A stretch of DNA of 63,704 nt, filler included, from Collodictyon triciliatum (lineage: Eukaryota): the NCBI GenBank assembly GCA_043381765.1. It is 36 parts of 36 records of this genome, joined end to end, with 100 filler letters (N's around TTAATTAATTAA, not from the genome) between each part and the next. Parts side by side here need not be neighbours in the genome. Positions count along the whole stretch, not along the records: positions 39,067 to 40,737 come from JBHJMP010010478.1; positions 40,838 to 42,506 come from JBHJMP010010479.1; positions 42,607 to 44,274 come from JBHJMP010010480.1; positions 44,375 to 46,042 come from JBHJMP010010481.1; positions 46,143 to 47,809 come from JBHJMP010010482.1; positions 47,910 to 49,576 come from JBHJMP010010483.1; positions 49,677 to 51,343 come from JBHJMP010010484.1; positions 51,444 to 53,110 come from JBHJMP010010485.1; 28 more parts are not named here. The stretch is one strand, 5' to 3'. Position numbers and translations under genes: made by a program. The notes under the pieces were generated by a model. It was not told the origin of the DNA, ran no database searches, and saw nothing but the letters and a program-made list of their open reading frames with translations. Position 1 is the stretch's first letter, and each line of letters opens with the position of its first letter. This document shows positions 38,967 through 51,693 of the stretch, in pieces.

Positions 38967-40483
38967 NNNNNNNNNNNNNNNNNNNNNNNNNNNNNNNNNN
39001 NNNNNNNNNNTTAATTAATTAANNNNNNNNNNNNNNNNNNNNNNNNNNNNNNNNNNNNNNNNNNNNGAATTACAATTATTTCATTTGTCTGATTATCTCC
39101 CGATTCGGTTCATCGTCCATCCATAAAGCTCATTCTATGAGACGTTTTTCAAGGGGTTTTCATATTGTTGCTCGTTGTGCTTTACGGTCTGTGCTATATT
39201 TTTTTTAAAAAATAAATAAATCATAGTCAAAGGCATCCGATGCAAACATCTGTAGCATTTTTTTTGTCAGAAATGTTATATAGGTTAAGTACACAAAGGT
39301 GTTTGGTTGTTTTAACAAGAAAAAATGGGAGAACCTCCGGGTAATCATCACGGTATATACTCAAATATTGAAAGATTTAGATAATGACTGTTGTTTAAAA
39401 TAAAATATACAAGCTTTATCAAAATAGAAAACAAAAAATTAAATAAAATATAATTACTGCAATTCATCCGTCAACATACAGAATAACAAAGTCAAGCTGT
39501 AGTCTTGTGTTTTATTCAGCGGAGCCATTTCATGGGTCAACACGTTGGAGTCTGCAAGTGGATAATGCAAGAAAGGTTAGCAAAACAGTTATCAATATAA
39601 TCCAGAATTACATATATGAAAATGATTAAGAAAATTGGATTGCAATATCATATAATTCCAACGATTACATAAGATCTAATTTCATGATACCGCAGAGAGA
39701 ATAAATGGATTAAATAAATATGTGCTGCAAGAGAGCCAGATATGGTATTTTGCGTGATTCTACTACCTTTCCCATTCGACGCTGCAATCGCTGCTTTGTC
39801 GCCTCTGTCGAATAAGCAACATTTGAAAAGTTCGATGAGACTTGGTGACTTATATTGTATCGTATAATATAGGAATGATGCAAAAAACAATAAACTGAAC
39901 AAGAATAGTCACGCTTTTCTCAATGCCAAGAGCTGTTGGTGACAGTCGTTTGGTGTATCTGCCTCAACCAAATGGAAGAAGCATTCTCTGCAGACAGCCT
40001 GATTGTTTTTGGTCTCTTGATGGCAACTTTTTCCAGGCATCGATATGTCAGCAAGATATTGGAATGAAGAACAAAAAGATAGAGAGAAATAAAAGAAGAG
40101 AAAAAGTCAATGTATAGATGAAGAGACACGAAGATATTTTCACTTACAGCAAGAGCCTGCGGACATAATCATTGTCTTCTATTCTGTGCCTGAGAGGAGT
40201 CTATTCTTTTTTTTCGTACGCAAATCAAGGATGGCGCTGCAAGCATAATCCTTTCGCTTTCAGTTTATCTAGCGTTTTTTAAGAAAGGAAATTCTATTGA
40301 GCATTCACCTTTTGTTTTCCTTTTCCAATAGTTTTTTGGTTATTATTTTGTTGTATTTTTTGGAATTGTTTTGGCGTCAGTATACACCACCGCACAATAG
40401 GACTCCTTATTGATTTTAAAGATTTGCTTTTTGTTGGGTGAGCAGACTTTTCACAAAATAAAAAACCCGTCTCAGCCAAAGTA

Positions 40484-40710
40484 ATGGTTGACTCCCAAAA
40501 GAGACGCTCTACGGAGGACATCATCCACACGGAATCTGTCCCCAAAGCGATCGGCCCTTAAATGTATTATATCATCCCAATACTTGCTGCACAAGTTCTC
40601 TTTTGACTAAAGTACTTTTGCGCATAACAAAGTCGCATATTATTCCTAGCCAAGCGACAGCAGCAAAGGGCTTCCTCTTCGCCTCTGGGCAAAGCGGAAT
40701 GAATCCCTCG
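40484..40710 (+). pseudogene. RidA/YjgF-family gene with in-frame TAA
   Basis: IIHTESVPKAIGP* (TAA at 40559-40561 where GPYSQA has Tyr), an intron, then QATAAKGFLFASGQSGMNP. Confidence 0.75.
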
Positions 40711-40837
40711 GTGGATACTCCACAACCAAGCACTCCTNNNNNNNNNNNNNNNNNNNNNNNNNNNNNNNNNNNNNNNNNNNNTTAATTAATTAANNNNNNN
40801 NNNNNNNNNNNNNNNNNNNNNNNNNNNNNNNNNNNNN

Positions 40838-40906
<69 letters not shown>

Positions 40907-40978
40907 ACACCCATCTGCTGCTTCTTGAATAGTCTCCAAGTGGTTGTCTTTTTCTACATAAACCTTATTCGTTCCATA

Positions 40979-41421
40979 GCCCTCAATAACAATGAAATCA
41001 CCAGCCTGCCAGATGATATCTCTTGCCTGAAGAAGCTATCGGCATTATATCTATTCAACAACCCGGTAAATGATGAAGATTGTAGAGTACATGCAACGAT
41101 ACGCAACAATATGAAATTTGATTGCACAATTGCATTTTCCTGTATTTACATCTTTGCGATATGAAAATTGATTTCTTAAGTTTACCATCTCAGATCGAGG
41201 AGCTCCCCCAAGGAATCACAAAATTATCAAAGTTGAAAAACCTATACATAGAATCCAATGGGATGATTAGCATCAAAGTCGCTCCGCGAGGGATTTCGAC
41301 TCTCCCATGCTGGAAAAATACAGGGTTTTTGGACAGATTGACATGCAGCACAATGTCTATAGCAGAGTCATTGAAAACCTTGCGGCTATATGACGATGTA
41401 AGAGAATGCCCTGGCTATTGA
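40979..41421 (+). CDS. Leucine-rich-repeat protein fragment
   Basis: LNNNEITSLPDDISCLKKLSALYLFNNP and IEELPQGITKLSKLKNLYIESN. Confidence 0.75.
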
Positions 41422-42125
41422 GTTTATTATCAAAGCCAGGAAAATCAACTTTTTTTTCTTCATAGGCAAGTGAACCGGGCGCCTCAGAAGAAACCTTGGG
41501 AAAATAGCAGCTGGACGAAACTGGTCACACCGAGCACATAAAGTAGGATGACCCCTGCGTTCGTCGTCTTTCAATAAAGAGCTACCACACAGCACAGAAG
41601 AAAAATCAAAAAAAATCAAAAAAAATCAAAAAAAAATCAAAAAAAATCAAAAAAAATCAAAAAAAATCAAAAAAAATCAAAAAAAATCAAAAAAAACCAA
41701 AAAATCAAAAAAATGAACCAAGACATAAGATAGGTATCAAGTAGATATCAAATAGAAAGCAAATAGCACCCTGACTGGAAAACTGGCAGGCACACACAAA
41801 TGTACCCACATGTTGTTTAAATTCGCAACAAAATCACGCCCACATTCAATGTGCGGATGGGACGCTCGAGATTGACGTTTCCATTCATAAAAGAAAGGAT
41901 GTTTCCCTTTGTCCACACGCCTTCACAGCGTCACGCATGTGACTTATAAAACTTGGAGAACGCAAACTCACCACACTTTCTGCCACTCGAGGTTGCTGCT
42001 GTAACTGAAACTTACGCACCGTTGGTTTTCTTGGGAACAAACAGACACAACGAAGCACCGGCATCGCAAGCAAGGAGAAAACCCAAAACAAAAAGGGAGC
42101 AAAACACTCGATCTGTGGGGTGTGT

Positions 42126-42387
42126 ATGGCTTTCTTTGAGGGCTCGCAGCTGGCCGCGATCCGCCTCACTTACTACATCACAAACAGTCTCTCGTTTCTG
42201 GGCAGCTTGTTTGTGGTTGTCTCGCATCTGAGAGGCAAAAGGATCATTGTCTTTTCAATGCGCTTGGCCTATTTTATGGCCATCGCTGACATGGCGCAGT
42301 CCTTTGCGGCCATCTCGCCTTCTTTTTTTCTTAGTTCTTTGGATGCAGACATCGATGAGATCAGCCCGGCCGTGTGCTGGGCACAAG
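42126..42387 (+). CDS. cAMP-receptor-like / GCR1-family GPCR, first exon (TM1-TM2)
   Basis: ITNSLSFLGSLFVVVS...MRLAYFMAIADM...CWAQG matches the CAR/GCR1 pattern SLSxxGS...RLxxYxxxAD...CxxQG. Confidence 0.75.
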
Positions 42388-43872
42388 GTAATGCCAGACA
42401 CTTCACAGATTCATGACCACTCGCCAAGAATAAAAAAAGAATAAAAAAAGAATAAAAAAAGAATAAAAAAAGAATAAAAAAAGAATAAAAAAAGAATAAA
42501 AAAGAANNNNNNNNNNNNNNNNNNNNNNNNNNNNNNNNNNNNNNNNNNNNTTAATTAATTAANNNNNNNNNNNNNNNNNNNNNNNNNNNNNNNNNNNNNN
42601 NNNNNNTGTCTATGTCTATGTCTATGTCTATGTCTATGTCTATGTCTATGTCTATGTCTATGTCTATGTCTATGTCTATGTCTATGTCTATGTCTATGTC
42701 TATGCATGTTTTCGTTTATATGCACAACAGAGTTGATGTTGAGGGAGCCTTTGTTAGAAGATTAATTTAAGCGGGGAATATTGAGAATGATGATTGGATA
42801 AACGTAAAGAAGCTTAGAGATGTAATATATTTTATTGACCCTGCAATATCGTGGAAATAGAGAAGCAGGCAAGAGGCCTGTGTTCGTAATGGGGACCGAC
42901 AGATACTTCCTCCCGTTGTTTCTCAATCACATGATATCTCTACGGAGGCATGGGCGGTAATTACAAGAAGCTCTGATTGTTCCCATATTCTGTACTTCGT
43001 CTTATTTATTTGGTAGATACACATTTTTTTCTTTTGGAAAAACCTTTTATCTAAGTGTGAGCCAATTTTCTTTTAACAATCCATCACTGAAATAAGTTGC
43101 AATTCAAACGCGCATGAATTTGATATCTCAATAATAGATATAATATCCATGTGGAATGTTACGATTCGTATTCATGTGAGTTTCTGGGCAAGATTGGATT
43201 TTCTACGCATCACGATCAAATTTCGGTGGACTCTTCAATCAAATACTATGAAGTGATGAGCTGTCCAAACCATTTTATCCTTGCTGTAAGTATTTCTTTG
43301 TAGACTATAGTCGATGCCATGTAACAATCACCCCTTTCTCGACTTTGGACCCGAAATGCTAAGAGACGAAAAAAAGAAGCAAAAATCGCATGGAAGAAGA
43401 CTGTATTATACTTTATTTTTAAACACAATCATCAGAAAGTCAGGTCATACATCATGTTCACACGCCTAGAAATGTACAAGAGATTACTTGAACAGGTATT
43501 TTATATCTACAAAAGCCGGCATTCACACACATTCAATTGCAAACATTCTTTGTTGGTTGCGGCTTATCTAAACATCAAAGACTTATTCCGCCCAGGTTTT
43601 AATTTTTTGTGTGTGCCTTTTAACGAGATGAAATTCCGGTTACAAATTCTTGCAAAACGATAGAGTCCATCAAATATCTATACAATAAATTTGGACTTTC
43701 CGTTACGAGATGTAAAACGTGAGTTTAATGTGCCAAAAATTTTAACGCTTGGGTGGTACAAAAAAATGTCCACTTACTATTTTAAGCTTCAGAATACCGT
43801 ACAAAACATTCAGAGAGTACACAAAGCACACAAAGCATACGAAGCATACACAAAGCACACAAAGCATCTCAC

Positions 43873-44134
43873 CCGAAAAAAAGAGAATGCGGGCTGTGAG
43901 AAAAGTCGATCTTCGTCCGAAAAAAAGAGAATGCGCGTTGTGAGAAAAGTCGATCTTCGCCCGACAAAATAAGAATGCGGGCTGTGAGAAAAGTCGATCT
44001 TCGCCCAAAAAAAAGAGAATGCGCGTTGTGAGAAAAGTCGATCTTCGTCCGAAAAAAAGAGAATGCGGGTTGTGAGAATAGTCGATCTTCGCCCGAAAAA
44101 AAGAGAATGCGCGTTGTGAGAAAAGTCGTCTTTC
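43873..44134. repeat. 44-bp tandem repeat, 6 copies, alternating variants
   Basis: CCGAAAAAAAGAGAATGCG(GGC/CGT)TGTGAGAAAAGTCGATCTTCG units start at ~43873, 43917, 43961, 44005, 44049 and 44093. Confidence 0.95.
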
Positions 44135-45221
44135 GGTGGTTTATAGGTTGAGCCATAATGATAATTTACCTTTTACACATTTCATTTTGTCAAAGAGGAT
44201 TAGTTAAAGGTAACAAGAGCACCTTTTTTTTTTATTTGCTTTTGTTTTTTCAACATTCATTTCATCAAAACATANNNNNNNNNNNNNNNNNNNNNNNNNN
44301 NNNNNNNNNNNNNNNNNNTTAATTAATTAANNNNNNNNNNNNNNNNNNNNNNNNNNNNNNNNNNNNNNNNNNNNTTTCTTCCTTCTGTTTCCTCCCTATT
44401 TTGCAGGCGATTTATTGGACATGATAAAAAACATTCTACCCAATAGCGACGAGGTTTTCTGAAATACTGCTTACATAGTAAAAATCTGACGCTATTGTTG
44501 TCCGGTAGGAATTAAAACCAATCAACGACCCTTTCTCGCTCAGATGACTATCATACAACCAAGGCTTCACCTTGATAGACGTGGATATCCAGAGGAGTAT
44601 TTTTTGAATCAAGTGAGATGATACATATCTCTGCTCTGGGCATATTTCATACTTGTTCTAAACCATACAAACCTTACTTTAGCTCATTCAAATACCCCGC
44701 ATTAAGCCGCGACTTGAATCACATTTATTCAAAAAGGAGTTCTACGCTGTGTCTTCTGAGCTCAAAACAGTGCGTCTTGTCATCTTATCTCCTCATAATT
44801 GAATATCTGCATTGATTAATTTTCTTTCTTTCTTTTCTTTCTCGTTTTTTTCGTGATGTCTTACTTTGTACAGACATATATTTTCGTATTTGTAAAATTA
44901 TTGATGATAAACAGGACTGCGATCATTTCTGCAGGGCCTGTGAAGAATTTAATTCGAATAGAAAGTTTCACCGGCTGTTGGACGTGCGTTTGTATATGAG
45001 TGTGCTTAAAATTATGGACATACACCCAAAAGCTTCCTTACGTCCAATTTACCACCAAACAGCTTTCTTGAATAAGTGACCGTGCAAAAAAATTATATTG
45101 GATTTTCCAAATACCCTTATTTCCTGACATAGGCTGCTGGTAAATATTTATGTGGAGATGTTGAAGTCTCATTAAATCGAGTTATAAATCTGGATGCTCT
45201 CAATCAAGTATGACATACTAT

Positions 45222-45307
<86 letters not shown>

Positions 45308-46142
45308 CAGTCCAAACTTCTCATTTTCAAAAAATTTCTTGTTGAATTGGTATTTGAAATTCACAATTTAATACCATAACGGATGGTGCCCACCACAAAG
45401 CTCCAGACTCGTGCGATGAGTGTGTCTCATAGATTTGAAAATTACAGAAATGATTATTGATGACTAGATTTTCAATCATATGTTAACAATGTTCTATCTC
45501 AAAATAAATCTAATGCACACCACGAAAAAGGTGACATTATGAAGATTTGTGCTCAATCGCCCTTTAACCTTAAAGTCTCGGATGCTGAATTGGACATCAT
45601 GCAAAAAGCTGCCAACAGTATAAAATTTTAATTAATTATTTGTTTAATTATTTGTGCACGGCTCTTAAATCTCATACTGGAAAAATCTTAATCGTAAATT
45701 GATGTAGCACCACTTTCAAATCTCGAAACGCGATTCTCTTGCTTAAAATCTGGGTTCAGTACGGTATGATGATTATATGTAGCACGATGTACATCCTGTT
45801 TAATTTTCACTGAGCCTATCGTGATGTCGAACCTATCTCGATTATTTCAACCTTTTATGCGAAGATTGAATTTGAGGCGTTAAATGCGGACTCCAGAAAA
45901 GGGGACACCTTCAAAGAATCTATGACAGTATTTATTTTATCTTTATCTTTATCTTTATCTTTATCTTTATCTTTATCTTTATCTTTATCTTTATCTTTAT
46001 CTTTATCTTTATCTTTATCTTTATCTTTATCTTTATCTTTTTNNNNNNNNNNNNNNNNNNNNNNNNNNNNNNNNNNNNNNNNNNNNTTAATTAATTAANN
46101 NNNNNNNNNNNNNNNNNNNNNNNNNNNNNNNNNNNNNNNNNN

Positions 46143-46312
46143 ATAAAACACCATAAAACACCATAAAACACCATAAAACACCATAAAACACCATAAAACA
46201 CCATAAAACACCATAAAACACCATAAAACACCATAAAACACCATAAAACACCATAAAACACCATAAAACACCATAAAACACCATAAAACACCATAAAACA
46301 CCATAAAACACC
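46143..46312. repeat. (ATAAAACACC)n 10-bp tandem repeat
   Basis: Seen directly; abuts the splice acceptor of the kinase exon. Confidence 0.96.
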
Positions 46313-46314
46313 AG

Positions 46315-47298
46315 AGTCAAGTTGGAACCCCCTTTTGGATGGCACCTGAACTCATCCGAGGACACGAATACGACTACAAAGTATTTTATTTTCTCGCTAA
46401 TATCAATATAATCGAGAGTCTGTATTACACTACTAAAAGTTTACTTATCAAACTCATAAATTTTCTCTTCTTTCTTCAAATTCATTTGATGCCAGTAAAC
46501 ATACCGTGTCCAAATTATTTGTAGATAACTACTCTAAACATGAATGCACATATCTGCACTTTAATTTTTAACAAAAGTGCTTGGTAATTAGGTTGATGTT
46601 TGGAGTTTTGGTATTTTGGTTGTGGAAATGATTGATGGCGAGCCTCCGTATATGCAATTACCACCACCACGCGTAACATTCTATGGACCATTCCCACTTC
46701 AACGCCACATTCATCATATTATTCATTCGAATGACTGTTCTACCAATACGCTTTTCACTGGGCCATTCACGTAACATCCTTACAGGCGGTCTTTTTGATT
46801 GCCACCGAAGGATTTCCTGGGCTTCGATGCCCGCAGCGTGCTTCCTCTGACCAGTTAGATTTGCTTCGAAAATGCTTGCAAATGGACCCTTCAAATAGAT
46901 TGCCGCTCTCTGGCTTAATGAATGTTAGTAAATTCTGCACAAGGCAAAGAACACACATGATTAAGAATGACAAGAGCTTTCACTTAAACCACACTCATAC
47001 ACGAGATTATAAGCACATAGTCTGTATCATTTTGTTTAGTTTAAAACGACTTCAGCACCCTGAAATAATGCTTTCTCTTTTTTTTTCATGAACCCAAATA
47101 ATATTTTTTTTTTGTACTAAGAAAACGCAACAACTTATATCTCACATTTTTCTCCTCTTCGTGTCAATTAAGCACCCGTTCTTTGCAAAAAGCTGTGATG
47201 TTTGTGAGATAATCACTCGGCTCAAATCTGTCGCCCAGATGAAGGCGGCCAAGAACAAAGAAAAATTCGGTGACTTTGTTTACATCGATGCAAATTAG
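46315..47298 (+). CDS. PAK/STE20-family Ser/Thr kinase, C-lobe (4 exons)
   Basis: [40 protein letters not shown]...|[11 protein letters not shown]...CLQMDPSNR...|HPFF...*. Confidence 0.92.
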
Positions 47299-47751
47299 AT
47301 AAACTTAACAGAGATATACACCAACCAGAGCTCCAAACAAACTCGACCACCTTTTGCATAGTTTCTCAAAGCTATACCGATAACTCAGCCCGAGTGCTGT
47401 TTGAAGCAGCAGGAGGGATGCGCCTTTTTTTTTCTCCTTTCAATTTGCACAAGTTGGTTGATGCAGGAGAGTTGGGGTAGCACAGCAGAAGTAAATTAAT
47501 CCAAAGGAAACAACAAAACAACAAAACAACAAAACAACAAAACAAAACAAAAGAGATAGTTGAAAACCGGAATACGTCAGCGCGAAACAGCGGTGGCCTT
47601 CTGTGCCTTGACAACCATCCTAACCCAGAATCAAAACATGAACAAAAACTATTCGGGTCAGCCTTCCCAAGAGTCTAAACATAAAATGCACACAACTACT
47701 CGCCCACCAACGCACATGACTCGCTGTGCCCACAGAGCCTGCTCGATTAGA

Positions 47752-47809
<58 letters not shown>

Positions 47810-47909
47810 NNNNNNNNNNNNNNNNNNNNNNNNNNNNNNNNNNNNNNNNNNNNTTAATTAATTAANNNNNNNNNNNNNNNNNNNNNNNNNNNNNNNNNNN
47901 NNNNNNNNN

Positions 47910-48340
47910 ACGTGTTTTCATTCCAATATTACAGGCAAAATGTTCTGCTACGGAGAAGTGGCTATTGATGCTAGAGATGGAGTACAAAGCATAACCGACG
48001 GCAGTGGTTCGTTTGGATATATGCCCTTTACAGAATGTTCGTGGAGGGTATCAAACACAAACAACCTAGTGGTACGTGAACTTTTTTTTTTGAGAAAGTA
48101 CAATATGTGACAGTGAATAATTTAGTATGCAAACGAAGGAGTTGACCGCTCGTAATCATTAGATATCCCAAATGTATATTGATGCATTTTCATCTGTGGA
48201 CATTGAGTCACTGAATAAGTGTGGAGACCAAAGCATATATGTGAATGAAGTCGATAGCGGCGTCGATGTATGTATTTGAAAAAAATTGAAACATTAATTT
48301 ATTCATATCCTTAATCTATTCATCTTTATATTAAAATGCT

Positions 48341-48379
<39 letters not shown>

Positions 48380-49541
48380 TTAATAAGGTAAAACTGTCAT
48401 CTCTGGGTCCTGGTGTGTGGGTCAAGATACCTGGTTCATCGTTTCTCATAACATTCCATACATCAAGGCGTTTGGTCTCAAGAGGAGGATTCTCGCTCAA
48501 CTCTATCTGTATGTGATTCTGATTCGAAGTCTCTTTGAGAGTTATAATAAGCAAATATGGGGTTTTAATTCAACACAAAAGTTCATTTATCAAAAAACAT
48601 TCAATTATTTATAGTCTGTCCAAATGGATTCGATATTGTGAGCCTATCATGCGTCTGTCAAGTAAACAAGTACATCACACCAAGTGGAGAGTGCTTTCCG
48701 TGCGAGGAAGGGTTTTACCAGAACGACATCAATAAGGTTTATTTTAACTTTTCGGATGATTTTCTCGTCATCGGTCATATTTCGTACACATGGACGAGTT
48801 TTTCATATTTCGGAAATGTAGCACTATTGCATCAACAAAACAGAAACGGAGTCACAGATGATGCACATAGGTTTTTATATACATAAACGTATTTAACTCT
48901 AGATATGCTTTACTTTGAATCGTATAAAGGAAAAGTAAATAAAAAGCTTTGACATCATTGCAGTTTCAAAATGAATTGATTGATTATAAATAGCTGTAGA
49001 TGTACCCACAGGAAATTGGGAGAACATTTTGCCATCGCTCCCCAGCTGCCTCTACTCAGCATCGGCATCCACAGGAAGCGATGTTTACATCATGTGTATG
49101 TACAGTACTCCTATAATCGACGAAACGCAGACAGTACCGGTCGTCGTCATCGATGTGAAATCTCCAAGTATGCAACAATTATTTAAATTTCCCTTGCATT
49201 CATACTTGTTTAACATATGTGAAAGACTGGCAATACGTATTTCAAGAGGTAAAGCGACACATTGATTGTTAATCTCCAACTCCTTTTTACAGTATCTCTC
49301 TCATTCGAACTTTTGAGTACAAGCAACCCACCTCCAAGTAGGAAAGGCGCATGCGCAATTTACTATGATGACGAGATTTTCTACATCGGTGGTAGGAGCC
49401 CGTCAAAAACTGACCTTGGCACGTATGTCTTATCCCTGGAAAACAACTCATGGGCGAGGAAAAGTGCCTCCCCGTTCGACTTGTCTGGATTCGCATATGC
49501 AAGGAAAGATTCGATCGTTTATATTCATGGCGGGGAAAATG
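47910..49541 (+). CDS. Multidomain CUB + Cys-rich + Kelch protein, internal exons
   Basis: SITDGSGSFGYMPFTECSWRV...FLITFHTS...GGFS (CUB-like), CVCQVNKY...CFPCEEGFYQN (Cys-rich repeat) and PPSRKGACAIYYDDEIFYIGG...IVYIHGG (kelch). Confidence 0.7.
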
Positions 49542-49676
49542 TAAGGAACCAAAATGACCTCCTTTTTTATAAAAAANNNNNNNNNNNNNNNNNNNNNNNN
49601 NNNNNNNNNNNNNNNNNNNNTTAATTAATTAANNNNNNNNNNNNNNNNNNNNNNNNNNNNNNNNNNNNNNNNNNNN

Positions 49677-49775
49677 TGATTGAAAATCAGGCGCGGGAAG
49701 CTTGATTGAAAATCAGGCGCGGGAAGCTTGATTGAAAATCAGGCGCGGGAAGCTTGATTGAAAATCAGGCGCGGG
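49677..49775. repeat. 26-bp tandem repeat, ~3.8 copies at contig edge
   Basis: TGATTGAAAATCAGGCGCGGGAAGCT repeated exactly. Confidence 0.95.
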
Positions 49776-51290
49776 CTAATGAATTTTTGTATATTGAAAC
49801 TTAGTTATCTTTCATATATTTGTTTACTTTTTTAAGGGTTGGGTTTAATTATTTGGGAATAGTTTATTTTAAAGCATTAGAGTGATATACTTTTATTAAC
49901 AATGGTGGCAATAACACAATTTATAATAGTTTTACCAGTATCCTTTGATTCACGTTAAACTTATGAGCAGCTTTTTGGCACGCTTAAAATACTTTCGAGA
50001 GTTTTTTCTTCCCTTCATATAGCATTAAGTTGTAGATTAGGGTGTATACATATTAGCAGTGTGGATAAATTTTGGTGAATTTTTTAATTGTAGTATTTGG
50101 CACAAGATACATGTATGCTTGAGTGCGTATGGCTCGATAGTATTATGATGGCAAGGTAATATCTTATTGCTATTAAGAATGGGCATTTTATGTTAAGTTA
50201 TGGAAAAAATATAATAATTTTTTTAGGTCTATGTTAAAATGTTCCATGTTTTTTATGTTTTTTTTTTTTACTTGAAGACATAATTTGGTATTTTTGTCTT
50301 GTTTACCTCTCGATTACTGTTTGTTTCATCATAGTATTAATTCGTTTAATTATTAATGTATGATTACAAGGTTAAAAATAACCTGGTTTGCTAGACATAT
50401 TTTTGGTTTTGGGTCAATTTATTTTCCATCGGCCATATTCTAATGCACATACCCGTAACATAACGAATACGTATCGATACTTGAATGATGATGGACATGA
50501 TTAAACTTTAAGAAAGATTTGTTATCGTCTAAGGCATAAAAATAGTCTTACACTTAAGTCGACTATATTGAATGTGAAAATGGAAGTCGTGTACAGTGCT
50601 GCTTGAAAATACCGAACTATTTGGCTAAAACACACTTGCCCAGGTTACCTACCTCAATTTATTTAAACTTGATTATGAGCAGTCATGTTTAGGTTTTTTT
50701 TCTTTATATGTATGTCCTAAATGCCTGGCATATAAACATATGATAATCTTTTCTTTTATTTGTTAAGGTTTAATGACAAGCCTGATGATTTCGTGAGAAG
50801 GTATGCCATAGTCGACCATTCATATGATTACTGGACGTATAGGACAGGTTTCCATCTTGCATCATTTTATGCATAATGTTGTATTGGAATATATTTAACA
50901 ATTAAAGCGTACCACCTTTCCTTTCAATATCATTATTTTTTTGAAATATAGTGTTTAATTGCATATGCTGTTAGTTTTTTTTGAAACATGGAATCATCGT
51001 ATATTTAACTATTTTCTGTTAAAAGTAGAACCGATGAGGGTGAACAGTTTTCTTTACCAACCTTTTTTCAAAACTTTATTACACAAGCTGACAACCTTTT
51101 GTTGGGCAACGAAAAGGACTCACACCCTGTAAAAATTTACTTAATTCATATATAAATTGTGAATGTGTAATTATATTAGAAATGAAAATAAGGACTGAAA
51201 TATTGTGAAAATTATACCTATCCCCATAATCTATCTATCTATCTATCTAACTATCTAACTATCTAACTATCTAACTATCTAACTATCTAA

Positions 51291-51343
<53 letters not shown>

Positions 51344-51443
51344 NNNNNNNNNNNNNNNNNNNNNNNNNNNNNNNNNNNNNNNNNNNNTTAATTAATTAAN
51401 NNNNNNNNNNNNNNNNNNNNNNNNNNNNNNNNNNNNNNNNNNN

Positions 51444-51477
<34 letters not shown>

Positions 51478-51493
51478 CATTTGTTCGTAAGTT

Positions 51494-51527
<34 letters not shown>

Positions 51528-51693
51528 TTTGATCCTAATTTGTATGGCAGAACCTCATTCAAGCGACATTATGATCTCCACACATTCGCTGTATATTTGC
51601 CTTTCATCACTACATTTTTGAAATCAATTTACACAACCAACAATATCAAACAAATGATATTATTAATAAATAATTTTGGGAAAAAACTATCAG

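Noticed and set aside
40559-40561. TAA reassigned to Tyr (alternative genetic code)
   Set aside because: TAA ends other genes here at the expected positions (eIF2B-beta, MRPL21), and conserved exons contain no in-frame TAA.
43873-44134. CRISPR-like array
   Set aside because: The units are head-to-tail with no unique spacers, there are no cas genes, and the context is eukaryotic.
49677-49775. CRISPR-like palindromic repeat
   Set aside because: There are no spacers between the 26-bp units.
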